Source of the DNA: an uncultured bacterium
Lineage (GTDB): Bacteria > Patescibacteriota > Minisyncoccia > Moranbacterales > GWC2-37-73
Assembly (NCBI GenBank): GCA_903851135.1
Contig: CAINNK010000023.1
Location: 1-53,534 of the forward strand
DNA: 53,534 nt
Direction: 5' to 3'
In this document: one piece after another, positions 15,741 to 25,770 of the stretch
Numbering within the stretch: the first letter of the stretch is position 1
How the letters are laid out: the number at the start of each line of letters is the position of its first letter
Translations under genes and position numbers: made by a program
The notes under the pieces: model-generated
What the model saw: only the letters and a program-made list of their open reading frames with translations
Database searches by the model: none
Told to the model about the DNA's origin: nothing

Positions 15741-16136
15741 TTAAGAAATTTGGCGATTGCCGGAAAGAATCCTGATCAATTTCACAATACCCCAGGCCAC
15801 AACTGCATAAACAATAAGTGCCACCAAGGTTTCAGGTTCGAGAACTGCTTTTGTTTCTACTCCTGGAGCAAAACCTCTGCGAAAAATGCCAACGAAAGGC
15901 AAAATGAAAATTCCACTGAGAACATAGATGAGACTCACGAAACCGCTTGTCAGACTTGCGCCAGCTAATTTAAACACCAAGCGAAAAGCCAACAGCACCC
16001 CCAATATTCCAAACAAAAAATAGACCAGACGTTCAGACGTCAGCGAATTTGTCGCATCTCTGCTGGTCGGAGTTTTCGCAATTGTGTTTGCATTAGTTCC
16101 TGGGATGCTTGTGGTTTCTTTTGTAATAATTGTCAT
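15741..16136 (-). CDS. Hypothetical membrane protein
   Basis: 131 aa with three predicted hydrophobic helices and a Thr-rich N-terminus. No family assigned. Confidence 0.5.
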   Translation of the reverse strand: MTIITKETTSIPGTNANTIAKTPTSRDATNSLTSERLVYFLFGILGVLLAFRLVFKLAGASLTSGFVSLIYVLSGIFILPFVGIFRRGFAPGVETKAVLEPETLVALIVYAVVAWGIVKLIRILSGNRQIS

Positions 16137-16373
16137 ATTTTTTCACTTCCGCTAGTTTAATTACCTTATCTCAAAACTCAACCTTTAATCATTGTTTCTT
16201 TTGGCAAATATCAACGCTGCAATTATAGTACCATCAGACAAGGGCCATATTTCAACAAATGCAAATCTATCTAAAAGTAAAAGCTCCCGAGTGACTGTCT
16301 TGCGCTAGGCTCTTGTTACCAAAGTTGCCTGGAAAAATCTCATAGCTTAAACCCCAAGAATTTCCAATCCAAC

Positions 16374-16396
16374 AAAAAACCTAGCTTTAAGCTAGG
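16374..16396 (-). terminator. Terminator overlapping the sigma-factor stop codon
   Basis: Stem cctagc / gctagg with loop tttaa, and a T6 run on the minus strand. Confidence 0.5.
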
Positions 16397-17201
16397 TTTT
16401 CTTTTCTTTTCTATCTTCCTTGTCCTCTTTCACTACCTCCAACAATTTCTTTTTGGCACGATTGATGATGGTTCCGACCGTGTTGACTGGCTTGCCCAGG
16501 GCTTTGCTAATTTGCTGATAAGAGTACTCTCTGAAATATCGCATGTAGAGTATCTGCCGGTACGGTTTTGGCAATTTCTTGAGGGCCTCGGTTATTTCTT
16601 GCGTGATTTCCTGATGAAGCCAAACCGCCTCAATTGGCTCTTCACTGCTAGCCGTGTCCAATTTGTCTTTGCTGGTTGTGATATCCTCCCAGGACACAGT
16701 GTAGCGCTTGCTTTTGCGTTTCAAGTGATTGACAGCTTCATTGTGAGCGATGCGATATATCCAAGATGAAAACTTGCGAGTCAAATCAAAATTTTTGATG
16801 TTCTTGTAGGTTTTGGCAAACACATTTTGCAAAATATCTTCCGTTTCGTCCCGATCTCTGGTCAGGCGATAAATATACACAAAAAGTTTTCGTTGATAAC
16901 GCTTGAAAAGATCGCTATAAACTTCGCGGTTTTCTCTTTGGGCAATTTCAATCAATTCGGCGTCGCTCAGTTCATCACAATTTCTAATCTTGGTTCTTTT
17001 GCGATAAAATCTTTTGTTGCCAATCAGAAAAACTTCATATTCAGGGGCTTTTCCAAGGTTTAGCAAGTTTTCAACCACCCCTTTCTTGCGCCGAGAAAAA
17101 CACACTTCCGAATCCGCCAATGACGACTTCTTCTTGTCTGTTGCCTTTTTTGCAGTTTTCAACTTTTTTTCAACTGCAACGCTTTTCTTTTTGACGGCCA
17201 T
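16392..17201 (-). CDS. Sigma-70 family (ECF-type) RNA polymerase sigma factor with Lys-rich N-terminal extension
   Basis: Region 2 is RYQRKLFVYIYRLTRDRDETEDILQNVFAKTYKNIKNFD...FSSWIYRIAHNEAVNHLRK. Region 4 HTH is LPKPYRQILYMRYFREYSYQQISKALGKPVNTVGTIINRAKKKL. Confidence 0.85.
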   Translation of the reverse strand: MAVKKKSVAVEKKLKTAKKATDKKKSSLADSEVCFSRRKKGVVENLLNLGKAPEYEVFLIGNKRFYRKRTKIRNCDELSDAELIEIAQRENREVYSDLFKRYQRKLFVYIYRLTRDRDETEDILQNVFAKTYKNIKNFDLTRKFSSWIYRIAHNEAVNHLKRKSKRYTVSWEDITTSKDKLDTASSEEPIEAVWLHQEITQEITEALKKLPKPYRQILYMRYFREYSYQQISKALGKPVNTVGTIINRAKKKLLEVVKEDKEDRKEKKT

Positions 17202-17286
17202 ATGCTAGTATCGATTAACTATTATCCGAAAATGGATAGGGGTATAATGGCTCTAGAGGACTATATAATATAATAATAAGCTGATT

Positions 17287-18645
17287 ATGTCAACCAGACA
17301 AATTATTTCTCAAAAAAAATTAAAAGCAAAAACAAGGGCAACAAAAAAACTCCTAGTTCTTGCCATTGAAACTTCTTGTGATGAAACTGCAATTTCAGTC
17401 CTTAGCTACGAAAAAAATATCCCTACGATTCTTTCCAGCGAGGTTTCGTCTCAAATAAAACTACACGCCAAATGGGGAGGCGTCGTGCCAAATTTGGCTG
17501 CACGCGAACACACAAAAAACATCGACCACGTCCTTGCGACTGCCCTGGCCCACTCAAAAGTAGTACCGACCGATATAGACTTTATTTCAGTCACTCAAGG
17601 ACCGGGCCTAATTCCGGCTCTTTTGGTGGGCGTTAACTATGCCAAAACCCTAGCCTATCTTTGGGAAAAACCTCTGCTTGGAATTCACCACATTGAAGGA
17701 CACATCTACGCTAATTTTATCTCCGATAAAATTAGCGCAAGCTCCAATAACCAAAAAACAAATTCCAAAAAAAATCCAAATGCGATTCTAGAATCTAAAA
17801 TCAAAAATCTAAAATCTGCTTTGCGTTTTCCAATTTTATGTTTGGTAGTTTCCGGCGGTCACACTCAGTTGGCGCTGATGATAGATCATTTGGAATATGA
17901 AATCATCGGCCAAACTGTTGATGACGCTGTTGGTGAAGCCTTTGACAAAGTCGCCCGCATTCTTGGCATCGGCTATCCAGGAGGACCAGCCGTCGCCACT
18001 TGGGCAGCAAAACACAAAACATGGAACATGGAACATGCAGCAAAATTTCAAAATCCAAATAACCAGATGATGGCCGACCTAAAAGCTAATGAAGCTAACA
18101 GCTATAAGCTAGTCTTCCCTCGTCCAATGCTCAACAAACAAAATTTCAATTTTTCTTTTTCCGGACTCAAGACGGCCGTGCTTTATGAAACCAAAAAACA
18201 TCTCGCCCGCAACGCTTCGCAAGTGAGCTCTGCTCAAAATAAAAACTCATTACAAAATAATTGCTCCCGTAGCGATGCGAGCGGGCCAGACTCATTTGAC
18301 AAAAAATATATTGCCGAGGTTTGCCATGAATTTCAACAAGCATGTGTGGATGTGCTGGTTGCCAAAACTATCAAAGCTGCTGAAAAATATCAACCCAAAA
18401 CCATTCTGCTGGCTGGCGGCGTCAGTGCCAACACCGAGCTGCGAACGCAACTTGGCCAAGCCCTTGAAAAAAATATGCCCCATGTGTCCTATTGCATCCC
18501 AGAGTTAGAACTGACTGGCGATAACGCGGCCATGATTGGAGCCGCCGCCGCTTTTCGCTGGGAAAAAATGAGCGCTGTCCAAAAAGAAAAAGCGCTGTCC
18601 AACTGGAAAACGCTTCAACCCAATGCTAATTTGAAAATGAAATAA
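17287..18645 (+). CDS. tsaD: tRNA N6-adenosine threonylcarbamoyltransferase TsaD (with long insertions)
   Basis: LAIETSCDETA, HHIEGHIY, VSGGHTQL, GYPGGP, SFSGLKTAV and LAGGVSAN are the Kae1/TsaD signature blocks. The protein is 452 aa against roughly 340 typical. Confidence 0.85.
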   Translation: MSTRQIISQKKLKAKTRATKKLLVLAIETSCDETAISVLSYEKNIPTILSSEVSSQIKLHAKWGGVVPNLAAREHTKNIDHVLATALAHSKVVPTDIDFISVTQGPGLIPALLVGVNYAKTLAYLWEKPLLGIHHIEGHIYANFISDKISASSNNQKTNSKKNPNAILESKIKNLKSALRFPILCLVVSGGHTQLALMIDHLEYEIIGQTVDDAVGEAFDKVARILGIGYPGGPAVATWAAKHKTWNMEHAAKFQNPNNQMMADLKANEANSYKLVFPRPMLNKQNFNFSFSGLKTAVLYETKKHLARNASQVSSAQNKNSLQNNCSRSDASGPDSFDKKYIAEVCHEFQQACVDVLVAKTIKAAEKYQPKTILLAGGVSANTELRTQLGQALEKNMPHVSYCIPELELTGDNAAMIGAAAAFRWEKMSAVQKEKALSNWKTLQPNANLKMK

Positions 18646-18651
18646 GAAAAT

Positions 18652-19515
18652 TTAAGCTGCTTGGCTAAGAATGGCCTGCTGACTATCTTTAACGATAACG
18701 GGACGTACATCAAGGTTTCCGTTTTTAGTTCTGTTGACCAGGAATTCCGAAACTATTATCACCACTTTGTGCAGCCCTTCAAAAGAAGTGACACCCGGAA
18801 CTTTGCCATCCTTAACAAAGTGTGAACCGGCGCAAAGCGTTATCATTTTATTGTCCAAATGATTGCCGGTTTTCAGAAAGTAAAACATTTCAAGCAAAAG
18901 CCTCTCTTCAAAAGTCATCGTTAGCACCTTGCCACTTTCAATATCTTCCGTGGAAATATTTTCATGTTTAGCGTTGGCCTCGACATCATTCGGAGTCCAA
19001 ACTGCATAAGCCCTCTCATTGGAATTGCGATCTGATTTAATGATATCATTCAAGCTCATTTCTTCAGTTTCTTCATTATTAATACGTTTGCGAATATCAA
19101 AAAATTGCTGACATTTCTCAAAAATTTCCTGAGCAGTCAGGCCTTCTTTCATAATTATCAACTCATCAAAACCCTCAAGTTTCTCGGGAATTTCAAGTTC
19201 GGAAACATTAAGCTCAACCCCAAAAACTTTCTGATAAAAGTCTTGCCAATTGCGAATTTGTTCCAAAATCTTTCCTCGTTCAATTGCAACCTCAACTTTA
19301 GTTTTTTCTTCGCCGCCACTTTCCGCAATTTCTTGACGAACTTCTTTCAACTGCTCAGCATCCCTCTCTTCTATCTTTTTGCGTTCCTCCTCAAAATTAA
19401 TGATTTTACCATTTTTTTTGCCTGTCATATCTTCTTGCTGTTTTGCTGCAATTTCTTCTCCCAAAATCTCAGCTGGTTCTTCAATTTTGTTTTTCGGCAT
19501 TTCAAAAATATTCAT
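18652..19515 (-). CDS. Hypothetical acidic protein
   Basis: 287-aa ORF with a Glu/Lys-rich N-terminal half and a C-terminal globular part. No family recognised. Confidence 0.5.
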   Translation of the reverse strand: MNIFEMPKNKIEEPAEILGEEIAAKQQEDMTGKKNGKIINFEEERKKIEERDAEQLKEVRQEIAESGGEEKTKVEVAIERGKILEQIRNWQDFYQKVFGVELNVSELEIPEKLEGFDELIIMKEGLTAQEIFEKCQQFFDIRKRINNEETEEMSLNDIIKSDRNSNERAYAVWTPNDVEANAKHENISTEDIESGKVLTMTFEERLLLEMFYFLKTGNHLDNKMITLCAGSHFVKDGKVPGVTSFEGLHKVVIIVSEFLVNRTKNGNLDVRPVIVKDSQQAILSQAA

Positions 19516-19658
19516 AACATTTTCTTTCAGGAAATTAACTTCTATTTATATTCTACCGCCTGGATGTTCCATGTCAAACCAAAAAACCGAAAGGCGTCCT
19601 TTGCAGTTGAAATATCTCCCCGTCTTTGCTAGGATAAGGATATAATTACAATTTACAG

Positions 19659-19714
19659 TTACTGGTTATTAGTTACCAATTACTAGTTACCGATTACTGA
19701 TTACTAGTTACCTC
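19659..19714. repeat. Eight tandem TTACNNN heptamers directly upstream of valS
   Basis: ttactgg ttattag ttaccaa ttactag ttaccga ttactga ttactag ttacctc. The array ends 4 nt before ATG 19719. Confidence 0.85.
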
Positions 19715-19718
19715 CCCC

Positions 19719-22433
19719 ATGAAAGAACTGCCAAAAATATACGAACCGCAAAAAGTTGAAAGCGAAATTTATGCCCGCTGGGAAGCAAGCGGCTTCTTCC
19801 AGCCAGAGGCTGGTCAGCATCTAGCTGATAATCCTGACACGAGAGAGACCTACTGTAATATCCTGCCACCACCGAATGCTAACGGCGAACTTCACATTGG
19901 ACACGCCAGTGGCTACACCGTGATGGATATTTTTGGCCGCTATAATCGCATGAACGGCAAGAAAACCTTGCTCTTGCCTGGCAAAGACCATGCTGGCATT
20001 CAAACTCAAGTAGTTTTTGAAAAAAAATTGCAAACCGAGCTCGGCATAACTAGACAGGAACTTGGCCGCCAGGAATTTTACAAAAAAACCTATGCTTTCT
20101 GCCTGGATCGCGCCAACTATATGCGCAGCCAGGAAAAAAAGATTGGCATCAGTGCCGATTGGTCACGTGAAAAATTCACGCTTGACCCAGATGTGCTCTC
20201 AAGCGCCCTCCAGACCTTTGTAAAAATGCATGAGGACGGTTTGATCTACAAAGGCAAACGCATCATCAATTGGTGCCCACGTTGCGGCACAGCCCTTTCT
20301 GACGTAGAAGTTTTGCACAAAGACACGCCAGGCAAACTATATTTAATCAAATATCCGCTCGAAAATTCAGACTCCACCCAAGGCGGATTAAAAGAATTTA
20401 TTACCGTAGCCACCACCCGTCCTGAAACCATGCTTGGTGACACAGCCATTGCCGTTAGTCCCAAAGACGAGCGCTTTAAAACTTTGGTTGGCAAAAATGC
20501 CATCCTGCCTTTGCAAAACACTATCATCCCAATCATTGCTGACCATCGAATTGACCTTGCTTTTGGAACCGGCGCTGTGAAAATCACACCAGCTCATGAC
20601 CCGCTCGACTGGGAAATTGGCCGAGATCACAACCTTGCAGAAATTCAAATCATTGATGAAAAAGCCTTGATTACTGAGTTTGGTGGAAAATATGCTGGCA
20701 TGACAACTCACGAAGCTCGCGAGGCGGTTGTTAAAGATTTGGAAAAACTTAATCTTTTGGAAAAAATCGAAGACCTGGCTCACAGCGTTTCAATTTGCGA
20801 ACGTTGCAAAACTACCATCGAGCCCCTGACTTCCAAGCAATGGTTCATTGATGTTCAAACCTTGAAACAAAAAGCCATCACGGCAATTGAAAATGGCGAG
20901 ATTGAAATTTTTCCCAACAATTTCAAAAAAATTCTCATTGATTGGTTTGGCAACATGCGCGATTGGTGCATCAGCCGTCAAATCTGGTGGGGACCGCAAT
21001 TCCCAGTTTGGTATCGGCCCAAGGCCGACCAGCCTAGGGCTGGTTGCACGGATGACGATATGGAAATGTATGTAGGGTTAACACCACCAGAGGGCGCTGG
21101 TTGGGTTCAAGATGAAAACACTTTTGACACCTGGTTTACTTCTGGCCAATGGGTGCACACAACTTTGCAAGCTCACGGCGATGATTTCAAAACTTTTTAT
21201 CCAACCGACATGATGATCACCGGCCGCGATTTGCTTTTTTTCTGGGCTTCGAAAATGATCATGATGAGCCTTTATGCTACTGGTAAAGTGCCTTTCAAAA
21301 ATCTTTTTTTCACTGGCTTAGTGCTCGACAAAGAAGGCCACAAATTTTCCAAATCTCGCGGCAACGGCATTGACCCGCTCACGATGATTGATAAATTCGG
21401 CGCCGATGCCCTGCGCATGAGTTTGATTATGGACTCTGCTCCCGGTCAAGACTCACGACTCTATGAAGAAAAAATCGAAACTTTCCGCAATTTCGCCAAC
21501 AAACTTTGGAACATCTCCCGCTATTGTCTGACACAAGAAGGATTTGAATTGGTGGAAGAAATTTCAAATGAAGATTTGAAAACAGAATCAGATAGTTGGA
21601 TAATTCGTAAATTAGATGAAAATATTTTTGAAATTAACAAGCTTTTTGAAAGAAAACAAATCGCTGTCGCTGCTGATATTTTAAAAACTTTCACTTGGAA
21701 TGATTTCGCTGATTGGTATTTAGAAATCAATAAAATCGAAAAAAATCAAAAAGTTCTTGGCTATGTTTTAGACAAACTTCTAAGGCTCTGGCATCCGTTT
21801 ATGCCCTTTATTACTGAACAAATTTGGACATTAGCCCAGCAAGAAAAAATGCTGATGATTTCAAGCTGGCCAAAAACACTTATTTGGAATGAAAATAATG
21901 AAGTAAACCCTAATAAAGAAAACAGTCAATGGAACGAGGTCACTATAAGAGGCTACAATGTTATTGAAAGTAATTTAAAACCAATGATTACCGCATTGAG
22001 AAATATTAGGGCTGAAAATAAAATTGAATCAAATAAAAAAATTAGAATTGTCATCAATGGAAATATAAATGCAGTTCAAGAAATTGAAAAAACTAACCAA
22101 GCAGAAATCATCATGAGTCTCAGAACAGGAGTCGAATTTATTAGCTATAACCAACCAGAAGCTGGATTAAAAAATATGCTTAAAAGAACAGTTGGTACAT
22201 ACACCTTATTAGTTGATCTCACTGGTGCCATCGACACTGAAAAAGAAACCGCTAAAGCTGAGAAAGAAATTGCCAATTTGGAAAATTTCATCGCAGGACT
22301 TTCCGGCAGACTTTCAAACCAAGAATTTGTTTCCAAAGCACCGACGCAAGTCATCAACCAACAAAAAGAAACCCTGACCAAAAAACAAGCCGAACTTGCC
22401 GAGCTCAAAAAGCATTTAGCTAGTCTTACATAA
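19719..22433 (+). CDS. valS: Valine--tRNA ligase
   Basis: PPPNANGELHIGHA (HIGH), KFSKSRGN (KMSKS), a CP1 editing domain and a C-terminal coiled coil. 904 aa. Confidence 0.95.
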   Translation: MKELPKIYEPQKVESEIYARWEASGFFQPEAGQHLADNPDTRETYCNILPPPNANGELHIGHASGYTVMDIFGRYNRMNGKKTLLLPGKDHAGIQTQVVFEKKLQTELGITRQELGRQEFYKKTYAFCLDRANYMRSQEKKIGISADWSREKFTLDPDVLSSALQTFVKMHEDGLIYKGKRIINWCPRCGTALSDVEVLHKDTPGKLYLIKYPLENSDSTQGGLKEFITVATTRPETMLGDTAIAVSPKDERFKTLVGKNAILPLQNTIIPIIADHRIDLAFGTGAVKITPAHDPLDWEIGRDHNLAEIQIIDEKALITEFGGKYAGMTTHEAREAVVKDLEKLNLLEKIEDLAHSVSICERCKTTIEPLTSKQWFIDVQTLKQKAITAIENGEIEIFPNNFKKILIDWFGNMRDWCISRQIWWGPQFPVWYRPKADQPRAGCTDDDMEMYVGLTPPEGAGWVQDENTFDTWFTSGQWVHTTLQAHGDDFKTFYPTDMMITGRDLLFFWASKMIMMSLYATGKVPFKNLFFTGLVLDKEGHKFSKSRGNGIDPLTMIDKFGADALRMSLIMDSAPGQDSRLYEEKIETFRNFANKLWNISRYCLTQEGFELVEEISNEDLKTESDSWIIRKLDENIFEINKLFERKQIAVAADILKTFTWNDFADWYLEINKIEKNQKVLGYVLDKLLRLWHPFMPFITEQIWTLAQQEKMLMISSWPKTLIWNENNEVNPNKENSQWNEVTIRGYNVIESNLKPMITALRNIRAENKIESNKKIRIVINGNINAVQEIEKTNQAEIIMSLRTGVEFISYNQPEAGLKNMLKRTVGTYTLLVDLTGAIDTEKETAKAEKEIANLENFIAGLSGRLSNQEFVSKAPTQVINQQKETLTKKQAELAELKKHLASLT

Positions 22434-22583
22434 AAAATTTTGAGCAAGCATATTTTTTCTTTTTTCGCTTGAAAGTGGTTCCTGTTGATGTTAAAAATTC
22501 TGATAATGAAAGAAACACTTTCACTGGGACAAAGAGAAAAAAGTACGCGAGCGAAAAAATAACCATCAAAAAAACAAAAAATC

Positions 22584-23162
22584 ATGAAGCAATTCGAATC
22601 ATTTTTCTGGGGAATCATCGCGGCCCTCGGTGCTGGAGTTGTTCAATTCGTCTTTTTCATTTTGTTTGCAACCTTCGCTGACCCTACTGGCAACTTATCC
22701 TATGCTCAGTTTTTCGCTATTCCAGTGTTCATCGCCACTACCGCTTTTATCGAAGAACTTTTCAAGTATCTACTCCTCAGTAAAAGAATTCTGGAACATT
22801 CCTCAGAAAGAAATTTTCTGCTCAATGCTTTCTTGTTCGGACTTGGTTTTTTTGCCGTTGAGTTTGCGCTCATTTTGGCAAGCTCACCTACCTTACAACT
22901 TCCAACCACTGCCGGAATTGCCGCCCTGCACCTTGGCACCACCATCTTCATGAGCTTTTTCATTGCAACCAGAAGCTCCAAAGGTTCCAACTTTTCACTA
23001 CTGGCTTTACTGCTTGCTACAATCCTACATGTTCTCTACAATCTGGCCATTGCTGGAGCAAATCAGCTTTCCAACTACTTCGCCATCACGCTGTTAATAA
23101 TTTTGCTTTTCATTGACTTAAAACTTTTTCTTCGTTTCAATCAAGAGCTTGCGCAAGACTAA
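22584..23162 (+). CDS. PrsW/CPBP-like intramembrane protease family membrane protein
   Basis: Six or more hydrophobic helices. The IEELFKY (EExxK) and ILHVLYN (HxxxN) motifs sit inside helices. Confidence 0.4.
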   Translation: MKQFESFFWGIIAALGAGVVQFVFFILFATFADPTGNLSYAQFFAIPVFIATTAFIEELFKYLLLSKRILEHSSERNFLLNAFLFGLGFFAVEFALILASSPTLQLPTTAGIAALHLGTTIFMSFFIATRSSKGSNFSLLALLLATILHVLYNLAIAGANQLSNYFAITLLIILLFIDLKLFLRFNQELAQD

Positions 23163-23303
23163 AAATCATCATATAATAAAATCACAGAAGAATACTGCTT
23201 TATATTGCTTAACATTGACCAGTCAAAAGCAGACCTTCAACAGTTTAAATAATTTTTAAAGGGCAATCTTTGACCAAAAATTCAAAGATTCACATTCACT
23301 CAA

Positions 23304-23852
23304 ATGCTAAAAACAAAAAAATCATTTTTCGAAAGAGTAACCGGCGCATCCTCAGTTGAACCTAACAACTTACGGGAACGCGAAAGCTCCATGCCTATTT
23401 ATGCCGAGGAAGAAGAAACTGAAATGATCATGAATAACGGGGGATCGTCTTTCGGCAATTCCAGTGGCGGAAACCGAGGCTTCAACGCTTTCGAAGAAGA
23501 AACTAGCTATTCCAATGATGCCGAAGGACAGCTAACTATCGATGTGTATCAAACTGAAGGTGAAGTTGTTATCAAATCAACTATCGCAGGGGTTAAACCT
23601 GAAGATTTGGATGTTTCCATTAACAATGACATGGTTACCATTAAGGGTGAACGAAAGAACGAAGAAGTGGTTAGCGGCGAAAACTATTACTATCAAGAAT
23701 GCTACTGGGGAGTTTTTTCTCGCAGCGTGGTGTTGCCTGTTGACATCATTTCCGACAAAGCCGAGGCATCTCTGAAAAACGGAATTTTGACCATTCGCTT
23801 GCCAAAAGCTGATGTGACCAAAATCAAAAAAATCCAAGTCCGCGGATTCTAA
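23304..23852 (+). CDS. Hsp20/alpha-crystallin small heat-shock protein
   Basis: The alpha-crystallin domain is IDVYQTEGEVVIKSTIAGVKPEDLDVSINNDMVTIKGER...FSRSVVLPVDI..DKAEASLKNGILTIRLPK. Confidence 0.85.
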   Translation: MLKTKKSFFERVTGASSVEPNNLRERESSMPIYAEEEETEMIMNNGGSSFGNSSGGNRGFNAFEEETSYSNDAEGQLTIDVYQTEGEVVIKSTIAGVKPEDLDVSINNDMVTIKGERKNEEVVSGENYYYQECYWGVFSRSVVLPVDIISDKAEASLKNGILTIRLPKADVTKIKKIQVRGF

Positions 23853-23878
23853 TTCTTCCAAAAATTTTTTTCAATCAA

Positions 23879-23907
23879 AAAGAAAGTCGTAAGGCTTTCT
23901 TTTTTTG
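23879..23907 (+). terminator. Terminator after hsp20
   Basis: Stem aaagaaag / ctttcttt with an 8-nt loop, then a T-run. Confidence 0.55.
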
Positions 23908-24180
23908 TTTTAGATGAAAAGAATTATAGTTAATTCTGATCATACGCAATCTATGGTTCCGACCAAAGATTATCTCTGAATTTTTACGAGCTTGTTTACT
24001 TTTTAGACCACTATGAGCGACAGCGAATTCTGAGCAATTGGCTATAACTCCTAGCCAAGAGCGTGTCCTAAAAAGCAAACAAGAGAAATAAAAATTTCTA
24101 ACTTAGTTTTCGAAAACCATAAATTAAGCATTACCTGTTAATTCTTGTAATATCCCCCAAAATGCGGTATTCTTAAAGAC

Positions 24181-25485
24181 ATGAATACCAGGCAATATTT
24201 TTGTTTGTTTGTTGTGCTTTTTTTGGCCACCCAAAACATCGCCAGCGCCGCAGAAACCAAGCCGGCCGCGGTTGTTGATGGTGCCTTGCCAGCAAAAACC
24301 CTGACAATCTCTGTTGATCAATATTCAGAAGAAATTTCCGAAGATACCCTCAATGGATGGCAAAAACAAAAAACGAGCTTGGGCTTATCACCAGACTACA
24401 AAACAGAATTTGAAAACACGTCTTATTGTCCAGTTGACCCAACTTTTTGCGATTTAACCTTAAACACCCAAGTTCGCAGCCATATCCAACTCAAATCAGA
24501 AAATTTCATCGATGAAGCGGCAATCAAAGCCTACCTGGAAGATTTAGCCAGAAAGGTCAACAATGATCCAACTGATGCAAAGTTCACTGTTGCTGATGGG
24601 AAAGTGACAACTTTCTCCAAAGAACAAGCAGGCATCACCCTCGATGTTGCTAAGAGCGTCCAAGCAATTATTACAACTCTGAAATCAAACACACTTCCCC
24701 AAAAAATTTCCCTCAATTTTGATTCAAAAAAACCAGAAGTAAACTATTCGGAAGTTAATGATCTTGGCATAGCCTCTTTGATTGGAGAAGGAACTTCGAA
24801 TTTCAAAGGTTCACCCTCCAACAGAATTCACAATATCAAAGTCGCAACTGACCGATACAATGGTGTCCTGATAAAACCTGGTGAAGAATTTTCATTCGTG
24901 AAACTGCTTGGAGAGGTTGACGGTGATCATGGTTATCTGCCAGAATTAGTCATTAAAAATAACGTCACCGAGCCCGAATTCGGAGGTGGCATTTGCCAAG
25001 TTTCAACCACCGCTTTTCGCGCAGCGATATACTCAGGACTGAAAATTACCGCTCGCAAAAATCACGCTTATCCAGTTTCCTACTATAATCCTCAGGGCAT
25101 GGATTCAACTGTGTATGTTCCAAGTCCAGATCTTCGCTTTAAAAATAACACACCAGGTTATATTCTTATTCAAACAAAAATTGTCGGCACAATTCTGACT
25201 TTTGATTTTTATGGAACTGACGATGGTCGCAAAACAACCGTCGATGGACCAAAAATTACCGAGCGTCAACCAGATGGTGCTTTAAAGGCTACTTTCACTC
25301 AACATGTTGTCGATAAAGATGGCAAAGAATTCATCAATGATGTTTTTAACAGTTCCTACAACTCTCCTTACAGATATCCGCACCCAGGCGGACCGGTTTT
25401 GAGCGCCAAACCTTCAAATTGGTCAGAGGATGAATGGAAGAATTATAAAAAGATGCTGAAGGAGATGGCAAAAGCAGGACAGTAA
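24181..25485 (+). CDS. VanW-domain secreted protein
   Basis: Signal peptide. The GGGICQVSTTAFRAAIYSGLKITARKNHAY block is the VanW-family signature. Confidence 0.8.
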   Translation: MNTRQYFCLFVVLFLATQNIASAAETKPAAVVDGALPAKTLTISVDQYSEEISEDTLNGWQKQKTSLGLSPDYKTEFENTSYCPVDPTFCDLTLNTQVRSHIQLKSENFIDEAAIKAYLEDLARKVNNDPTDAKFTVADGKVTTFSKEQAGITLDVAKSVQAIITTLKSNTLPQKISLNFDSKKPEVNYSEVNDLGIASLIGEGTSNFKGSPSNRIHNIKVATDRYNGVLIKPGEEFSFVKLLGEVDGDHGYLPELVIKNNVTEPEFGGGICQVSTTAFRAAIYSGLKITARKNHAYPVSYYNPQGMDSTVYVPSPDLRFKNNTPGYILIQTKIVGTILTFDFYGTDDGRKTTVDGPKITERQPDGALKATFTQHVVDKDGKEFINDVFNSSYNSPYRYPHPGGPVLSAKPSNWSEDEWKNYKKMLKEMAKAGQ

Positions 25486-25549
25486 ACTATCCTGGCCACC
25501 GTTGACTAAACGAAAATAAAGTGTTACGCTTGACTAGTTATTAAAATTT

Positions 25550-25620
25550 GCGCTGTTAGCCCTGCCCGCAATGCTTCGCATAGCGATGCAGGCTGGTCAG
25601 TTGGTGTAACAAGCCATCAA
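25550..25620 (+). pseudogene. tRNA-Lys 5' shadow copy with a 36-nt hairpin inserted in the D arm
   Basis: gcgctgttagc (identical to tRNA-Lys nt 1-11), then cctgcccgcaatgcttcgcatagcgatgcaggctgg (25561-25596), then tcagttggt (D loop), then diverged sequence. Confidence 0.7.
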
Positions 25621-25649
25621 CCAAATATCAATTAGTATTAATAAAGTTT

Positions 25650-25722
25650 GCGCTGTTAGCTCAGTTGGTAGAGCAGATCCCTCTTAAGGATATGGTCGGG
25701 GGTTCAAATCCCTCACAGCGCA
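25650..25722 (+). tRNA. tRNA-Lys (anticodon CUU)
   Basis: Acceptor gcgctgt/acagcgc, D loop agctcagttggtagagc, anticodon loop ctCTTaa, T arm ggggg-ttcaaat-ccctc, discriminator A. Confidence 0.9.
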
Positions 25723-25770
25723 CAATTTTCAAAAAGTTTTTGACTTTTTGAAAAATAAAAAAAGTTAAAA

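Noticed and set aside
19560-19718. T-box or other riboswitch leader upstream of valS
   Set aside because: I found no specifier-loop/T-box consensus (AAUNNGGUGGNACCGCG-like) and no terminator/antiterminator pair. The leader is occupied by the TTACNNN array.
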